The position numbers were made by a program, and so were the translations under genes. A DNA stretch of 64,000 nt. Source: a virus. Positions 1 to 9,858 of the stretch are shown here, piece by piece (position 1 is the stretch's first letter; every line of letters begins with the position of its first letter). The stretch lies in IMG/VR virus record IMGVR_UViG_3300029876_000390. The stretch is one strand, 5' to 3'. Under the pieces are notes generated by a model, which did not search any database, had not been told where the DNA came from, and saw only the letters and a list, made by a program, of their open reading frames with translations.

Positions 1-470
1 TTGCACCAAAAAAGTTATTAAAATTCGACATATCCACCTGTCGTTTTTTGGACACTTTTGGTTGTCGATTATTGGTGTCGGGTGTATACTATAAGAGCGT
101 TCAACGGAACTACAGCAATTGGTAGAAAATACCTGCTGTTTGACCTGAAAGCCACTTAGTATACATAACTGAACTGAGATTTCCCCCATAAGTGGCAGGA
201 AACTATACCAATAACGAAAGCAAATACATAGATAGGAAAATACATAGTATGAAGATTTTGATTTTAATTAGAAGCGTAATCAGCGCAAACAATTTCATAA
301 GAGGCCGAAGTACGGGGTTGCTCAGGAAGAAATCGTAGATTTTAACCTGACTTGTTGTCGACACCCTTTTTCAGAAGGATTGGGTCGGAGCATTCCAGAG
401 ACTGTGTACTTTGAGTAGCATCTGAGTACATAGTCACAGGGATGCCCCGGCCTTTTTTGCTGTTTATGCT

Positions 471-839
471 TTGGGAAAGGGGGTGTCAGGCGTGGTCGAT
501 ATTCACAGTGATGAGTATATTATCGGTCAGAATATCAGAAAATATCGTAAACAGAAAGGCTGGTCACAAAAAGATCTCAGCGATGCTGTGGACGTTGACC
601 GCGCCAATATTTCTGGAATTGAAAACGGTGAACGTGGTGTGATGAATTGCGTGATGCTGAAGCGGTTTGCCAGAGCCCTCGGTGTGTCGATGGATACACT
701 GATGGACGAAGAAGATGAGCATCCCTGTGCAGACACTTCAATTCAGGAAAAATATGATATGCTGAACCCCATGCACCAGGAGATGGTGAGAGAAAGCATC
801 GACTGCTATCTGCTTAAAGAGCAGAAAGTGGCAATTTGA
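471..839 (+). CDS. HTH XRE-family (Cro/CI-type) transcriptional regulator; the start codon is uncertain (TTG 471 or GTG 483/492).
   Basis: Translation contains the helix-turn-helix pattern IGQNIRKYRKQKGWSQKDLSDAVDVDRANISGIENGERG...LKRFARALGVSMDTL, typical of HTH_3. Confidence 0.65.
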   Translation: MGKGVSGVVDIHSDEYIIGQNIRKYRKQKGWSQKDLSDAVDVDRANISGIENGERGVMNCVMLKRFARALGVSMDTLMDEEDEHPCADTSIQEKYDMLNPMHQEMVRESIDCYLLKEQKVAI

Positions 840-842
840 AGA

Positions 843-886
843 TCGTACAGTACAAATCAAGCTGTGCGGTCTTTTTTTATGCCCAT
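843..886 (+). terminator. Putative intrinsic terminator after the XRE gene.
   Basis: Imperfect hairpin cgtacag..ctgtgcg followed by gtcTTTTTTTat. Confidence 0.35.
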
Positions 887-1299
887 AATGTCGTGAATTC
901 AAAAATGTATCAAATTTGACCCCAAAGTGTGTCAAGTCTGAAATCTGCAAGAGACCGTCATTTTGTTATCATATAGTCAGTTCAAGGGACAAGCCCACAG
1001 AGCCAAAACGAAAGTACCTGTCGGCAGTACCTCGGACAAATTAAAAAAATATCGAAGCCCGATTCTAGAGCAGGCGAAGGATACCATAAGCGATCTGACA
1101 GCACAGCAGAGTTATTTGCTGGAGCTGGAGGACTGAACATGGAATCACTCTAACCTTCTTTAGAATCGGGCTTTTTGCGTCTTTTGACCGCAGAGTCTGT
1201 CTGTTCCATGAGGGTGCCGCGAATCTGCCATGTATGTTCTTCAAAGCCAGAGCTTTCAGTATCCTTCCCTCCCAGAAGTCCGGGGGAAAGGACAGAACA

Positions 1300-2055
1300 A
1301 TGATGAACATGATGACTGGAGCAGTAGCAATCAACGGTGGAGTAGGTGTGATGGAGATCCATCAACCGCAGGTGGCAGTCAGCCAGATGGCAGCAAGCGC
1401 GGCACAGGCTGCAGAGCAGGTGGCTCTCAACGCACATATCACCCTGCGTGAGCTGAAGACAAAGATCGATACTGTGGTGGAAAAGAAACTTCCGACCTTT
1501 AAGACCCTTATGGAAAAGGAGCCGGTGGCAGTGGCACAGACAATGGTAAATGGAGCAAAGCTGACTGCTTATGAGAATGGCTATGCGGTGTATGAGGTGG
1601 ATGGCTCACATACAGTCATGGCGGTGGATCGCTGCAACGATTACCGCTATGACTTTACGGATGGGACCTACGAGGTGATCCCGGCAGAAGCATTCGAGGA
1701 TGTTGAGTGGAGTGTCCGTCTGCTGATGGAAGGTGAGCGTCGGATGGAGCATAACCTGAATAAGCGTGTGGCAGATTCAGAAAATGTTTCCCTGGAATGT
1801 GACGGCTCTGACTGGTCTGCAGCCGTTATGGTGGATTTTCTGGATGAAGACAATGCCGAGATGCTGGCTGACAGGGAGCTTCGCCGTTTGTACGCGGCTA
1901 TGAGCAGGCTCACTGAGCGTCAGACCGAGGTGATCCAGCTTTACTTCTATAAAGGTATGACGCTGCAGGAGATTGCAGAAGAGCTGGGGATAACAAAACC
2001 GGCTGTCCATTATGCGATGAAGGGTGCTCTCAAAAAAATGAGAAAAAGTTTTTGA
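1300..2055 (+). CDS. Sigma-70 region-4 (HTH) domain protein, putative phage transcription factor.
   Basis: C-terminus LTERQTEVIQLYFYKGMTLQEIAEELGITKPAVHYAMKGALKKMRK matches sigma-70 r4 / LuxR-like HTH. RBS GGAAAGGA lies 8 nt before ATG 1300. Confidence 0.55.
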   Translation: MMNMMTGAVAINGGVGVMEIHQPQVAVSQMAASAAQAAEQVALNAHITLRELKTKIDTVVEKKLPTFKTLMEKEPVAVAQTMVNGAKLTAYENGYAVYEVDGSHTVMAVDRCNDYRYDFTDGTYEVIPAEAFEDVEWSVRLLMEGERRMEHNLNKRVADSENVSLECDGSDWSAAVMVDFLDEDNAEMLADRELRRLYAAMSRLTERQTEVIQLYFYKGMTLQEIAEELGITKPAVHYAMKGALKKMRKSF

Positions 2056-2136
2056 AGAACTACTTAACTTTTGCCCCCAAACGGTGGTCTTTATGAGAGG
2101 GCCACCTCTCAAGTACATCGACAGGAGGAAAAACCT

Positions 2137-2685
2137 ATGAATGCAGAACGCATGAATATGGCGAATGCAACCGCCAAGATAGAAGGTTTTAAGGAGGCTC
2201 GTCCGCCCGGCGGTTTCCCGCTGGCATCAGCACCGAAGAAGATTTTTATCTGCTCGCCGTACCGACCAACGGCAAACGATCCGCCGTGCAGGAAGGCGCA
2301 GCTGGAGGCAAACATCCAGAGGGCAAAGACGGCCTGCAGGATTCTTGCCACAATGGGAGTCCTGCCACTGGCTCCGCATCTGTATTTTACTCAGTTCTTA
2401 AAGGATGAGGACGCACAGGAGCGTGCGACAGGAATCCGATTCGGAATGGAGTGGCTGGAAGCAGCGGATGAAGTGTGGGTGTTCGGCGAAACCATATCCG
2501 AGGGGATGGCGGCGGAGATCAAGAGAGCACATGAGTTGAAGAAGCCTGTTTGCAACCTCCCGGAGCCGGGACGCATGGTCGAGCTGCTTTTGAAGAGGCT
2601 TTCCGAGCAGTATCACATACCAATGGAAGATAAAACCGAAGAGCAGCAGGAAGCTGCAGAAAGTGAGGAAGACAATGGAGAATAA
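2137..2685 (+). CDS. DUF4406 / nucleoside 2-deoxyribosyltransferase-like protein.
   Basis: KKIFICSPYRP...LPLAPHLYFTQFL...EVWVFGETISEGMAAEIKRA pattern typical of DUF4406. RBS GGAGGAAAAACCT precedes the ATG. Confidence 0.55.
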   Translation: MNAERMNMANATAKIEGFKEARPPGGFPLASAPKKIFICSPYRPTANDPPCRKAQLEANIQRAKTACRILATMGVLPLAPHLYFTQFLKDEDAQERATGIRFGMEWLEAADEVWVFGETISEGMAAEIKRAHELKKPVCNLPEPGRMVELLLKRLSEQYHIPMEDKTEEQQEAAESEEDNGE

Positions 2686-3097
2686 GAACGAGAAGAGCAT
2701 GACTCTGGAGGAAATGATCGGCGAGATGCTGAAGGATGCCAAGGTGGTAAAGGTTCCGCTTCCTGCCAAGGCAGAGGAAAAAACGGAAACTCAGGAGCAG
2801 GATAAGCCGATGCCGGCACGCCCGTCTGGTGTTCCGTTCCTTTCGCTCAGCATCAAGAACCTGCACCTCCACATGGATGAGCGTATGACCTCGTACAACT
2901 ACGGTTTCGGACAGGAGCCGGATGCTGAAGCAGATGACCCGGTAGAGGACATCGACTTCGATGAGATGCTGGCTCACATCCACAAGGAAACCGGTCTGTG
3001 CGAGAAGGTCATTCTGGCAGTCCTGAAGGCACAGGCCGATTATCTGGATGACCTGTGGGGGAATGAGGAAGAAACCGGAGAGGAGGCAAACGCATGA
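2675..3097 (+). CDS. Hypothetical protein.
   Basis: ORF with RBS GAGGAAG before ATG 2675; overlaps the end of the upstream gene; no recognisable domain. Confidence 0.45.
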   Translation: MENKNEKSMTLEEMIGEMLKDAKVVKVPLPAKAEEKTETQEQDKPMPARPSGVPFLSLSIKNLHLHMDERMTSYNYGFGQEPDAEADDPVEDIDFDEMLAHIHKETGLCEKVILAVLKAQADYLDDLWGNEEETGEEANA

Positions 3098-3747
3098 TGG
3101 ACGAACTGAATGCTTTGAACGCTCCGAAAAAAGTCGTGGACGGTCTGGTCGAGGTCTTTGACGGTCTGGCGCAGATGTTTGCCGGCGTATCCGAGCAGCT
3201 GGATATGCTGGCGGCAAATGCAAAGACGGAGGACGAGCTGGAGCTTCCGGTGGCAGAGCAGCCGGTACTGCCTGTAACAGAAAAGAAAGGACCGGCGGTT
3301 TCGCATCCCCGTAAGAAGCCGGTCAAGAAAACCAAAAAGGTGGAAGAGACGGCTCCTTCGGCCATCGAGGAAGCCGCAGAGGTGCCTGTGGTAGAAGACC
3401 CTGACGAGGCAGAGGAAGCAGTGAACTCCGAGAGTTCAGAACCTACAGAAGGTGAACATCCGGTGGATGATGCGGATGCGCTGCCGTGGGAAGAAGATAC
3501 CGGCCAGAAAGAAGCACCGTCCGATAAAACCACGGACAAGGGCACACCTGCTGCCAAAGAGGAAACACAGTCTGCAGTGACGATCACCAAGGACGAGATC
3601 ACGGCGGTCATTGTCGCCAAGATCAAGAAGAAGCGTGATAACAACGAGAAGATCGGTCAGCTTCTGAAGACCTACGGTGTGGCCCAGCTGTCTGACCTGC
3701 CTGCAGAGAAGTACGAAGCATTTCTGGCAGATGTCTCCCAGATTTAA
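3094..3747 (+). CDS. Hypothetical acidic protein (Pro/Glu-rich).
   Basis: ATGA start-stop overlap with the upstream ORF; coding-like codon usage; low-complexity acidic middle region. Confidence 0.5.
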   Translation: MMDELNALNAPKKVVDGLVEVFDGLAQMFAGVSEQLDMLAANAKTEDELELPVAEQPVLPVTEKKGPAVSHPRKKPVKKTKKVEETAPSAIEEAAEVPVVEDPDEAEEAVNSESSEPTEGEHPVDDADALPWEEDTGQKEAPSDKTTDKGTPAAKEETQSAVTITKDEITAVIVAKIKKKRDNNEKIGQLLKTYGVAQLSDLPAEKYEAFLADVSQI

Positions 3748-3758
3748 GGGAGGTCATC

Positions 3759-4982
3759 ATGCCGGAAGTACATGCAATCCTTTCTGCTTCCAGTTCGAAG
3801 AGGTGGCTGAATTGCACGCCATCTGCAAGGCTGGAGCAGAACTTTCCAAATGAATCCTCGGTGTATGCCGAGGAGGGAACAGCCGCCCATGCGCTGGGCG
3901 AGTACAAGCTGCGGAAATATCTGCATGAACGGGTGAAGCGCCCTACCTCTGAATATGAGGATGAGGAGATGGAAGCGAACACGGATATCTATGCGGAGTT
4001 CATTATTTCCACGGTGGAACGCATCAAGGAGACCTGTCCGCATCCGCTGGTCATGGTGGAGGAGCGGCTGGATTACAGCTACCTGGTTCCATCTGGCTTT
4101 GGTACCGGCGACTGCGTGGTCATCGCAGATGGGACGCTGTATGTCATGGACTACAAGAACGGCAAGGGCGTGTTCGTAAACTGTGACCATAATCCGCAGA
4201 TGATGCTGTACGCCTTGGGTGCTTACCATGCCTACGGATATCTGTACAGCATCAAAAAGGTGTCCATGACCATTATCCAGCCGAGACTGGAAAATATCTC
4301 AACGTTTGAATGCAGTGTGGAGGAACTGCTGGACTGGGCAGAGACCTATGTCAGACCGAGGGCAAAGCTGGCCTTTGAAGGAAAAGGCGAGCAGGTTCCC
4401 GGTGACTGGTGTCGGTTCTGTCGTGCCAGAACTTCCTGCAAAGCCTGTGCCGATGAAGCAATGGCTCTGGTGAAAGAAGAGTTTCTGGATCTGGATGCCG
4501 GCGTGCTGGAGGAGGAAACCGAGGAAACAGATGCAACAGCATCCTTTGACCCGGACACCTCCGTGCCGACCTTCAAATCTCCGGCACTGCTTTCCAAGAC
4601 AGACATTGAGAAGATGCTGCCGACCCTGAGCCGTATCGAGTCATGGATCGAAGCTATCTTTGCCTATGTCAGTTCGGAGGCCATCAATCATGGCGTCAGC
4701 TGGGATGGGTATAAGGTGGTCGAGGGCAGGAGCAAGCGGCAGTTCCTTGATACGAAATCGGTGGTGGCTGCTGCAGAGAAGGCCGGATACACCGATATTT
4801 ATAAGACGGAGCTGATCTCCCTGACAGCCTTTGAAAAGCTCATGGGGAAGAAAAAGTTTCAGGAGATTCTGGGAGAGTTTGTGGTCAAGCCGCCCGGTAA
4901 GCTGGCACTTGTCCCGGATTCGGACCCCAGAGAGGCAGTCGATCTGCAGACTGCGGAAGATGAATTTGCTGTCCTCGACTGA
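3759..4982 (+). CDS. DUF2800 family protein (predicted PD-(D/E)XK nuclease of phage replication modules).
   Basis: N-terminus ILSASSSKRWLNCTPSARLE and overall architecture characteristic of DUF2800. Positioned upstream of DUF2815 and the family-A polymerase, as in the known module. Confidence 0.75.
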   Translation: MPEVHAILSASSSKRWLNCTPSARLEQNFPNESSVYAEEGTAAHALGEYKLRKYLHERVKRPTSEYEDEEMEANTDIYAEFIISTVERIKETCPHPLVMVEERLDYSYLVPSGFGTGDCVVIADGTLYVMDYKNGKGVFVNCDHNPQMMLYALGAYHAYGYLYSIKKVSMTIIQPRLENISTFECSVEELLDWAETYVRPRAKLAFEGKGEQVPGDWCRFCRARTSCKACADEAMALVKEEFLDLDAGVLEEETEETDATASFDPDTSVPTFKSPALLSKTDIEKMLPTLSRIESWIEAIFAYVSSEAINHGVSWDGYKVVEGRSKRQFLDTKSVVAAAEKAGYTDIYKTELISLTAFEKLMGKKKFQEILGEFVVKPPGKLALVPDSDPREAVDLQTAEDEFAVLD

Positions 4983-5027
4983 GGGCAGCAGCAATACACA
5001 AAAACAGATTGATGGAGGATTTTTATT

Positions 5028-5612
5028 ATGGCTAACAAGATTTCCAGTGCAACTAAGGTCGTGATTCCGTGCCGTATCTCTTTTGCAAACATTTTTGAAG
5101 CAAAGAGCATCAACGGCGGCGAGGCCAAGTATTCCGTTTCCTGCCTGATCCCGAAGGAGGACAAGAAGACCCTGCTGGCGATCCACAAGGCAGTGGAGGC
5201 AGCCAAGGAGGATGGCAAGACCCGTAAGTGGGGCGGTAAGATCCCGCCGAACCTGAAGCTGCCTCTGCGTGACGGTGACATCGACCGCCCGGACGACGAG
5301 AACTATCAGGAGCATTTCTTTGTGAATGCCTCCAGCAAGGATGCACCGCAGGTCGTGGACCGTCATGTCCAGCCTGTGACAGACCCGATGATGGTCTACT
5401 CCGGCTGCTACTGCAACGTCAGCGTGAACTTCTACGCTTTTAACGCCAATGGCAACCGCGGTGTGGCTGCCGGCTTGGGGAACGTACAGTTCGTCAAGGA
5501 TGGAGACCGTCTGTCCGGCAAGGCATCGGCAGAGTCTGATTTTGACGCGCTGGACGATGAGGATGTTCTGGGCGGCGATGCCGGTGAGGAACTGCCGGAT
5601 TACCTTCGCTAA
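5028..5612 (+). CDS. DUF2815 family protein (putative ssDNA-binding protein of the DUF2800-DUF2815-PolA module).
   Basis: About 190 aa; conserved position between DUF2800 and DNA polymerase; RBS GGAGGA before ATG 5028. Confidence 0.7.
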   Translation: MANKISSATKVVIPCRISFANIFEAKSINGGEAKYSVSCLIPKEDKKTLLAIHKAVEAAKEDGKTRKWGGKIPPNLKLPLRDGDIDRPDDENYQEHFFVNASSKDAPQVVDRHVQPVTDPMMVYSGCYCNVSVNFYAFNANGNRGVAAGLGNVQFVKDGDRLSGKASAESDFDALDDEDVLGGDAGEELPDYLR

Positions 5613-5690
5613 GAGAAATACAGATAAGTAACCGTGCCGGGGGATGCCAGAGTGTCCTCCGGCTTTTTACATCGAATAGAGGTGAGATAT

Positions 5691-7688
5691 TTGAAAGAAA
5701 CGCTGATCGATATTGAGACCTACAGCGAGGTGGATATCGGAAAATGCGGCCTGTACCGTTATGCCACAGACCCCAGCTTTGAGATCCTGCTGGTAGCATG
5801 GGCAACCGATGAAGGGGACGGCTTTGGAGAGACCAGATGTGCAGACCTTGCATCGGGAGAACCTATTCCGGCAGAACTGCTGGAGGATTTCCAGTCCGGC
5901 AATGTGCGCCTGATCGCTCACAATGCTTCCTTTGAGCGGGTCTGTTTTTCCGTGCATCTGCAAAGACATCTGCCGGGACAGTATCTGAAACCCGGAGAGT
6001 TCCTGTCGCCAGACAACTGGATCTGCACGATGGTCATGGCGGCATCGTTGACTCTGCCAATGGCTCTAAAGGATGTTGGAGCCGTGCTGAAGACCAGCCA
6101 GCAGAAAGATAAGGAAGGCGAGCGGCTGATCAAGCTGTTTTCCATGCCCTGTAAGCCAACGAAAAGCAATGGAATGCGTACCCGGAATCTTCCGGAGCAT
6201 TACCCGGCAGACTGGGAGAAGTTTAAGTATTACTGCATTCAGGATGTCAACACCGAGGTGGACATTTATAAGAGGCTGAAGAAATTCCCGATGCCGGAGC
6301 AGGAGTGGAAGCATTACCGGGTCAATGAGCGTATCAATGACCGGGGCGTAAAGATCGACACGGAACTGGTGCAACAGGCCATTGCCTGTGATCTGATGCT
6401 CTCAGATGCTATGAGTAAGAAAGCCTACGAACTGACAGGGCTTGAGAATCCCAACTCTGTGTCACAGCTGAAGTCATGGCTGGATGAGCGTGGCATCCCG
6501 ATGGACACGCTTGGCAAAAAGGATGTAGCGCAGATGATCGAGGAACTGGACAAGAACGGAGTGGATGCCGAGGCAATGGACATGCTGAAGCTACGGCTTC
6601 AGATGGCGAAAAGTTCTGTGAAGAAATACCAGGCGGCAGAACGCTGTGTCTGCTCAGATGGCAGAGCCAGAGGGCTGTTCCAGTTCTATGGGGCCAGCCG
6701 CACAGGTCGGTATTCCGGCCGGAATATCCAGTTGCAGAATCTGCCGCAGAACCATATTTCCACGCTGGATGAGGCGAGGGAACTGGTGAAGCTGGGGTGC
6801 TTTGATATGGTCGAGACCATCTACGGCAACACCCCGGACGTGCTTTCACAGCTGATCCGAACCATGCTGATCCCAAAAGAAGGCTGTGAGTTCATCGTGG
6901 CTGACTTCTCTGCCATCGAAGCCCGTGTGCTTGCATGGGAAGCCGGGGAGGACTGGCGACTGGAAGCCTTTCTGGAAGGAAAGGACATCTACTGTGCCTC
7001 TGCCAGCCAGATGTTTCATGTGCCGGTGGTGAAGCACGGCATCAACGGGGAACTTCGGCAGAAAGGAAAGGTGGCAGAGCTGGCCTGTGGTTATGGTGGT
7101 TCTTCCGGTGCGCTCATCAGTATGGGTGCTCTGCAGATGGGCCTGAAAGAAGAGGAACTGCCGGAGATCATCGATTCCTGGCGGGAAGCCAATCCAAAGA
7201 TCGTCCAGTATTGGTGGGATGTGGAAAAGGCGGCAACGCAGGCGTTCAAGACCGGAAAGCGACAGGAGATCGGCAAGCTGGCGTTTGAGTTTTATTCCGG
7301 TACGCTTTGGATGCTGCTTCCTTCTGACAGAAAGCTGGCGTATCTGAAGCCGAGATTGCAGCCGAACCGCTTCGGTCGCATGAGCCTGACCTATGAAGGA
7401 GTGGGTCAGAACCACAAATGGGCCAGACAGGAAACCTACTCCGGCCGGCTGGTGGAGAATGCGACACAGGCGATCGCCCGTGACATTCTGGCAGAAGCAA
7501 TGGCCCGGATGGAAGGCTATGGTCTGAATATCGTAGGTCACGTTCACGATGAAGTCATCATCGAAGCACCCAAGGATCAGTACACAGTGGATGAGGTCTG
7601 CAAGCTGATGTCTGTTAACCCGGAGTGGTGCAAAGACCTTCCTCTGAATGCTGCCGGATATAAGGGCAGCTATTACTTTAAGGATTAA
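5691..7688 (+). CDS. Family-A DNA polymerase (Pol I-like) with 3'-5' exonuclease domain; likely TTG start.
   Basis: Exo I motif LIDIETYS; polymerase motifs YGASRTGRYSGRNIQLQNLPQ, RQKGKVAELACGYGG, HVHDEVIIE (motif C-like). Confidence 0.85.
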   Translation: MKETLIDIETYSEVDIGKCGLYRYATDPSFEILLVAWATDEGDGFGETRCADLASGEPIPAELLEDFQSGNVRLIAHNASFERVCFSVHLQRHLPGQYLKPGEFLSPDNWICTMVMAASLTLPMALKDVGAVLKTSQQKDKEGERLIKLFSMPCKPTKSNGMRTRNLPEHYPADWEKFKYYCIQDVNTEVDIYKRLKKFPMPEQEWKHYRVNERINDRGVKIDTELVQQAIACDLMLSDAMSKKAYELTGLENPNSVSQLKSWLDERGIPMDTLGKKDVAQMIEELDKNGVDAEAMDMLKLRLQMAKSSVKKYQAAERCVCSDGRARGLFQFYGASRTGRYSGRNIQLQNLPQNHISTLDEARELVKLGCFDMVETIYGNTPDVLSQLIRTMLIPKEGCEFIVADFSAIEARVLAWEAGEDWRLEAFLEGKDIYCASASQMFHVPVVKHGINGELRQKGKVAELACGYGGSSGALISMGALQMGLKEEELPEIIDSWREANPKIVQYWWDVEKAATQAFKTGKRQEIGKLAFEFYSGTLWMLLPSDRKLAYLKPRLQPNRFGRMSLTYEGVGQNHKWARQETYSGRLVENATQAIARDILAEAMARMEGYGLNIVGHVHDEVIIEAPKDQYTVDEVCKLMSVNPEWCKDLPLNAAGYKGSYYFKD

Positions 7689-7700
7689 AGGGGGAACGAG

Positions 7701-8039
7701 ATGCCTCACGTTCTAAAAATGAAAGACGGAAAACTCCTGACACCCTTTGGCATCCGGGATCTGCTGGATGCGGTGCAGGACTATGCCGGAGAGGAACTCC
7801 GCCGGGAGATCGAGGAATATATCGAAACTAATGTGCAGGATATCGATGATTACGAAAAAGAGTACGACCGCATGGAACAGGAGAATGAACGCCTGGCTGA
7901 CCATCAGCGGTCGGTCCTCTGTGACATCCGGGACGAGGTGGATGCTCTGGACACACTTCTGCAAGATACCCGGCTGAACCGTAGACGTATGCAGGGAGCC
8001 GTTCGGATCATCCGGCAGATGATCAACCGGGAATTATAA
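7701..8039 (+). CDS. Hypothetical protein.
   Basis: ORF immediately after polymerase with RBS GGGGGAACGAG before ATG 7701. Confidence 0.5.
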   Translation: MPHVLKMKDGKLLTPFGIRDLLDAVQDYAGEELRREIEEYIETNVQDIDDYEKEYDRMEQENERLADHQRSVLCDIRDEVDALDTLLQDTRLNRRRMQGAVRIIRQMINREL

Positions 8040-8138
8040 GCACTTGTAGTTATAAAAACACGGCGTTTTTGTCGGAAGGACACGGACGCATAAACGGGCG
8101 TATAAATATGCGCCGCAGAGATAGAGAGGAAAATTGCT

Positions 8139-9206
8139 ATGAAAACAGGAAGAAATTTGCAGGAAGTCCTGGTCGAACTGAACCGTCAGAATCAGGCCAA
8201 GCAGGATTTTATCAGTCCGGCGCAGGGAATGCGCCTCCGGGAGGATGGACAGACTTTTGAGATCAACCATCTTACGACCAGCCAGCAGGAAGTGTTTGGT
8301 ACGACCTCGCTGTTCCATCGTCAGGTGGCATCAGCACTGGGTATCCCGGCCAAATACTATGATCTCATGCAGAAAGAAAAGCCGGAACTTCTTGCCGAGA
8401 ACGTGAACAGCTGGTTTTCGGACAAGCCCAGTTCTTACATGGTCCGTTCGATGGATTACGGTGCCGGACAGGTGGCCCGTGCGCTGCTGTCGGAACGCTA
8501 TCGCCGTATCGACAACATGGAGATTGCCACATCCGTCCTGCCGCTGTTTGCAGGCAACGATCAGTACGAGGTCATGTCCTGCGAGGTGACGGAGAACCGT
8601 CTGTATCTCAAGGTGGTCAATCACCGTCTGGAGATGGAAGTCCGCAAGGGCGATATCGTCCAGGCCGGTGTGATGATCTCCAACTCCGAGGTCGGTCTGG
8701 GAGCTGTGTCCATTCAGCCGCTGGTATACCGTCTGGTCTGCACCAACGGCATGGTGGTCAATGACATGGGCGAACGCCGTCATCATGTGGGCCGGCAGGC
8801 AAAAGCAGTGGAGGACAGCTTCGCACTGTATTCGGATGAGACGATGGAAGCAGAGGACAAGGCATTCCTGCTGAAACTCCGCGATACCACGATGGCCGCC
8901 ATTGATGAGAGTCGTTTCTCTCAGGTGGTCAGCCGCCTGCAGGAATCTATGGCAGTACCAATCACCGGCAAGGTGCAGGATGTGGTGCAGCTGACTGCCC
9001 AGAGTTATGGCATCAATGCCGAGGAGCAGGAAGGTATCCTCAAGTACCTCATTGAAGGCGGCGATCTTTCTCTGTACGGTCTGTCCAATGCGGTGACCCG
9101 CGCATCGCAGGACGTTGTTTCCTATGACCGCGCCACCACACTGGAAGGCATCGGCTGGCAGGTTGCCACGATGGAGCCGCAGCAGTGGAAGCAGATCAAT
9201 CAGTGA
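8139..9206 (+). CDS. Phage/plasmid-like protein, possibly DUF932-family (family assignment tentative).
   Basis: 355-aa ORF with RBS GAGAGGAAAATTGCT before ATG 8139; length and position in the replication module resemble DUF932 proteins, but no motif could be verified by eye. Confidence 0.5.
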   Translation: MKTGRNLQEVLVELNRQNQAKQDFISPAQGMRLREDGQTFEINHLTTSQQEVFGTTSLFHRQVASALGIPAKYYDLMQKEKPELLAENVNSWFSDKPSSYMVRSMDYGAGQVARALLSERYRRIDNMEIATSVLPLFAGNDQYEVMSCEVTENRLYLKVVNHRLEMEVRKGDIVQAGVMISNSEVGLGAVSIQPLVYRLVCTNGMVVNDMGERRHHVGRQAKAVEDSFALYSDETMEAEDKAFLLKLRDTTMAAIDESRFSQVVSRLQESMAVPITGKVQDVVQLTAQSYGINAEEQEGILKYLIEGGDLSLYGLSNAVTRASQDVVSYDRATTLEGIGWQVATMEPQQWKQINQ

Positions 9207-9215
9207 GGTGACGGT

Positions 9216-9452
9216 ATGGAAGATGTCATTCACTGGATTACAGAACACAAAGAGGAAAGCTCCCCGAACAGGAAAGTCAGTCACAGCCACCCGGACCCAA
9301 CTGCCAATGAAGCCATCGGCAATGTGGTTCGGGAAGAACGCAGGAAGAAGCAACGCCAAAGGAAACACCCTAAAAGGGAACACCAGGAAAAGAAACGCCC
9401 ACGCATCGGTGTCTGGCGGGCAGAGGAGGCGAAGCCGGATGAGGGAGAATGA
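9216..9452 (+). CDS. Small highly basic hypothetical protein.
   Basis: 78-aa ORF starting 10 nt after the upstream stop, RBS GAGGTGACGGT before ATG; Lys/Arg-rich C-terminus. Confidence 0.35.
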   Translation: MEDVIHWITEHKEESSPNRKVSHSHPDPTANEAIGNVVREERRKKQRQRKHPKREHQEKKRPRIGVWRAEEAKPDEGE

Positions 9453-9858
9453 AGTCGAAAAGCAGTTTGTGGAAGCAGTCAGGGCCGCCGGTGGGCAGGC
9501 CCTTAAATTCACCAGTCAGAGCATGAACGGTGTGCCGGATCGACTGGTTTTGCTGCTCGGCGGCAAGTGTGCTTTTGTGGAACTGAAAGCTCCCGGCAAG
9601 CAGATGCGTATCCTTCAGAGAAAACGCAGACTGCAGCTGGAGGCACTGGGCTTTCCGGTATTCTGCGTAGACCGCCCGGAACAGATCCAGCCTGCTATCC
9701 ATGCGTTGATTTGCTGGAAACCGGGCGAGCCTATCCCACAGGGGATCGGAGCAAAGATCCCGGAGCTGCCGGCGGTTACATTGCCGCAGGGAAATACACA
9801 AAGCGAGAAGCCGGAAACACGGGCACAGGATGTCGGGGAGGAGGTGATGCCCAAATGA
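9439..9858 (+). CDS. VRR-NUC domain nuclease.
   Basis: MRENEVEKQFVEAVRAAGGQALKFTSQSMNGVPDRLVLLLGGKCAFVELKAPGKQMRILQRKRRLQLEALGFPVFCV matches the VRR-NUC (PD-(D/E)XK) pattern D...ELK..G..L...Q. Confidence 0.75.
   Translation: MRENEVEKQFVEAVRAAGGQALKFTSQSMNGVPDRLVLLLGGKCAFVELKAPGKQMRILQRKRRLQLEALGFPVFCVDRPEQIQPAIHALICWKPGEPIPQGIGAKIPELPAVTLPQGNTQSEKPETRAQDVGEEVMPK

Noticed and set aside
8331-9512. 393-aa reverse-strand ORF, one of many long minus-strand ORFs in the track.
   Set aside because: It lies antisense to + strand genes with recognisable domains, coupled starts and RBSs, and it lacks an RBS. The same reasoning applies to the comparable minus ORFs at 10850-11773, 22571-23635, 3009-3644, 13720-14679, 32633-33925, 35334-35912, 38165-38875, 39461-40522, 46 kb TMP antisense ORFs, 49281-50051, 51033-51653 and 55497-56510.
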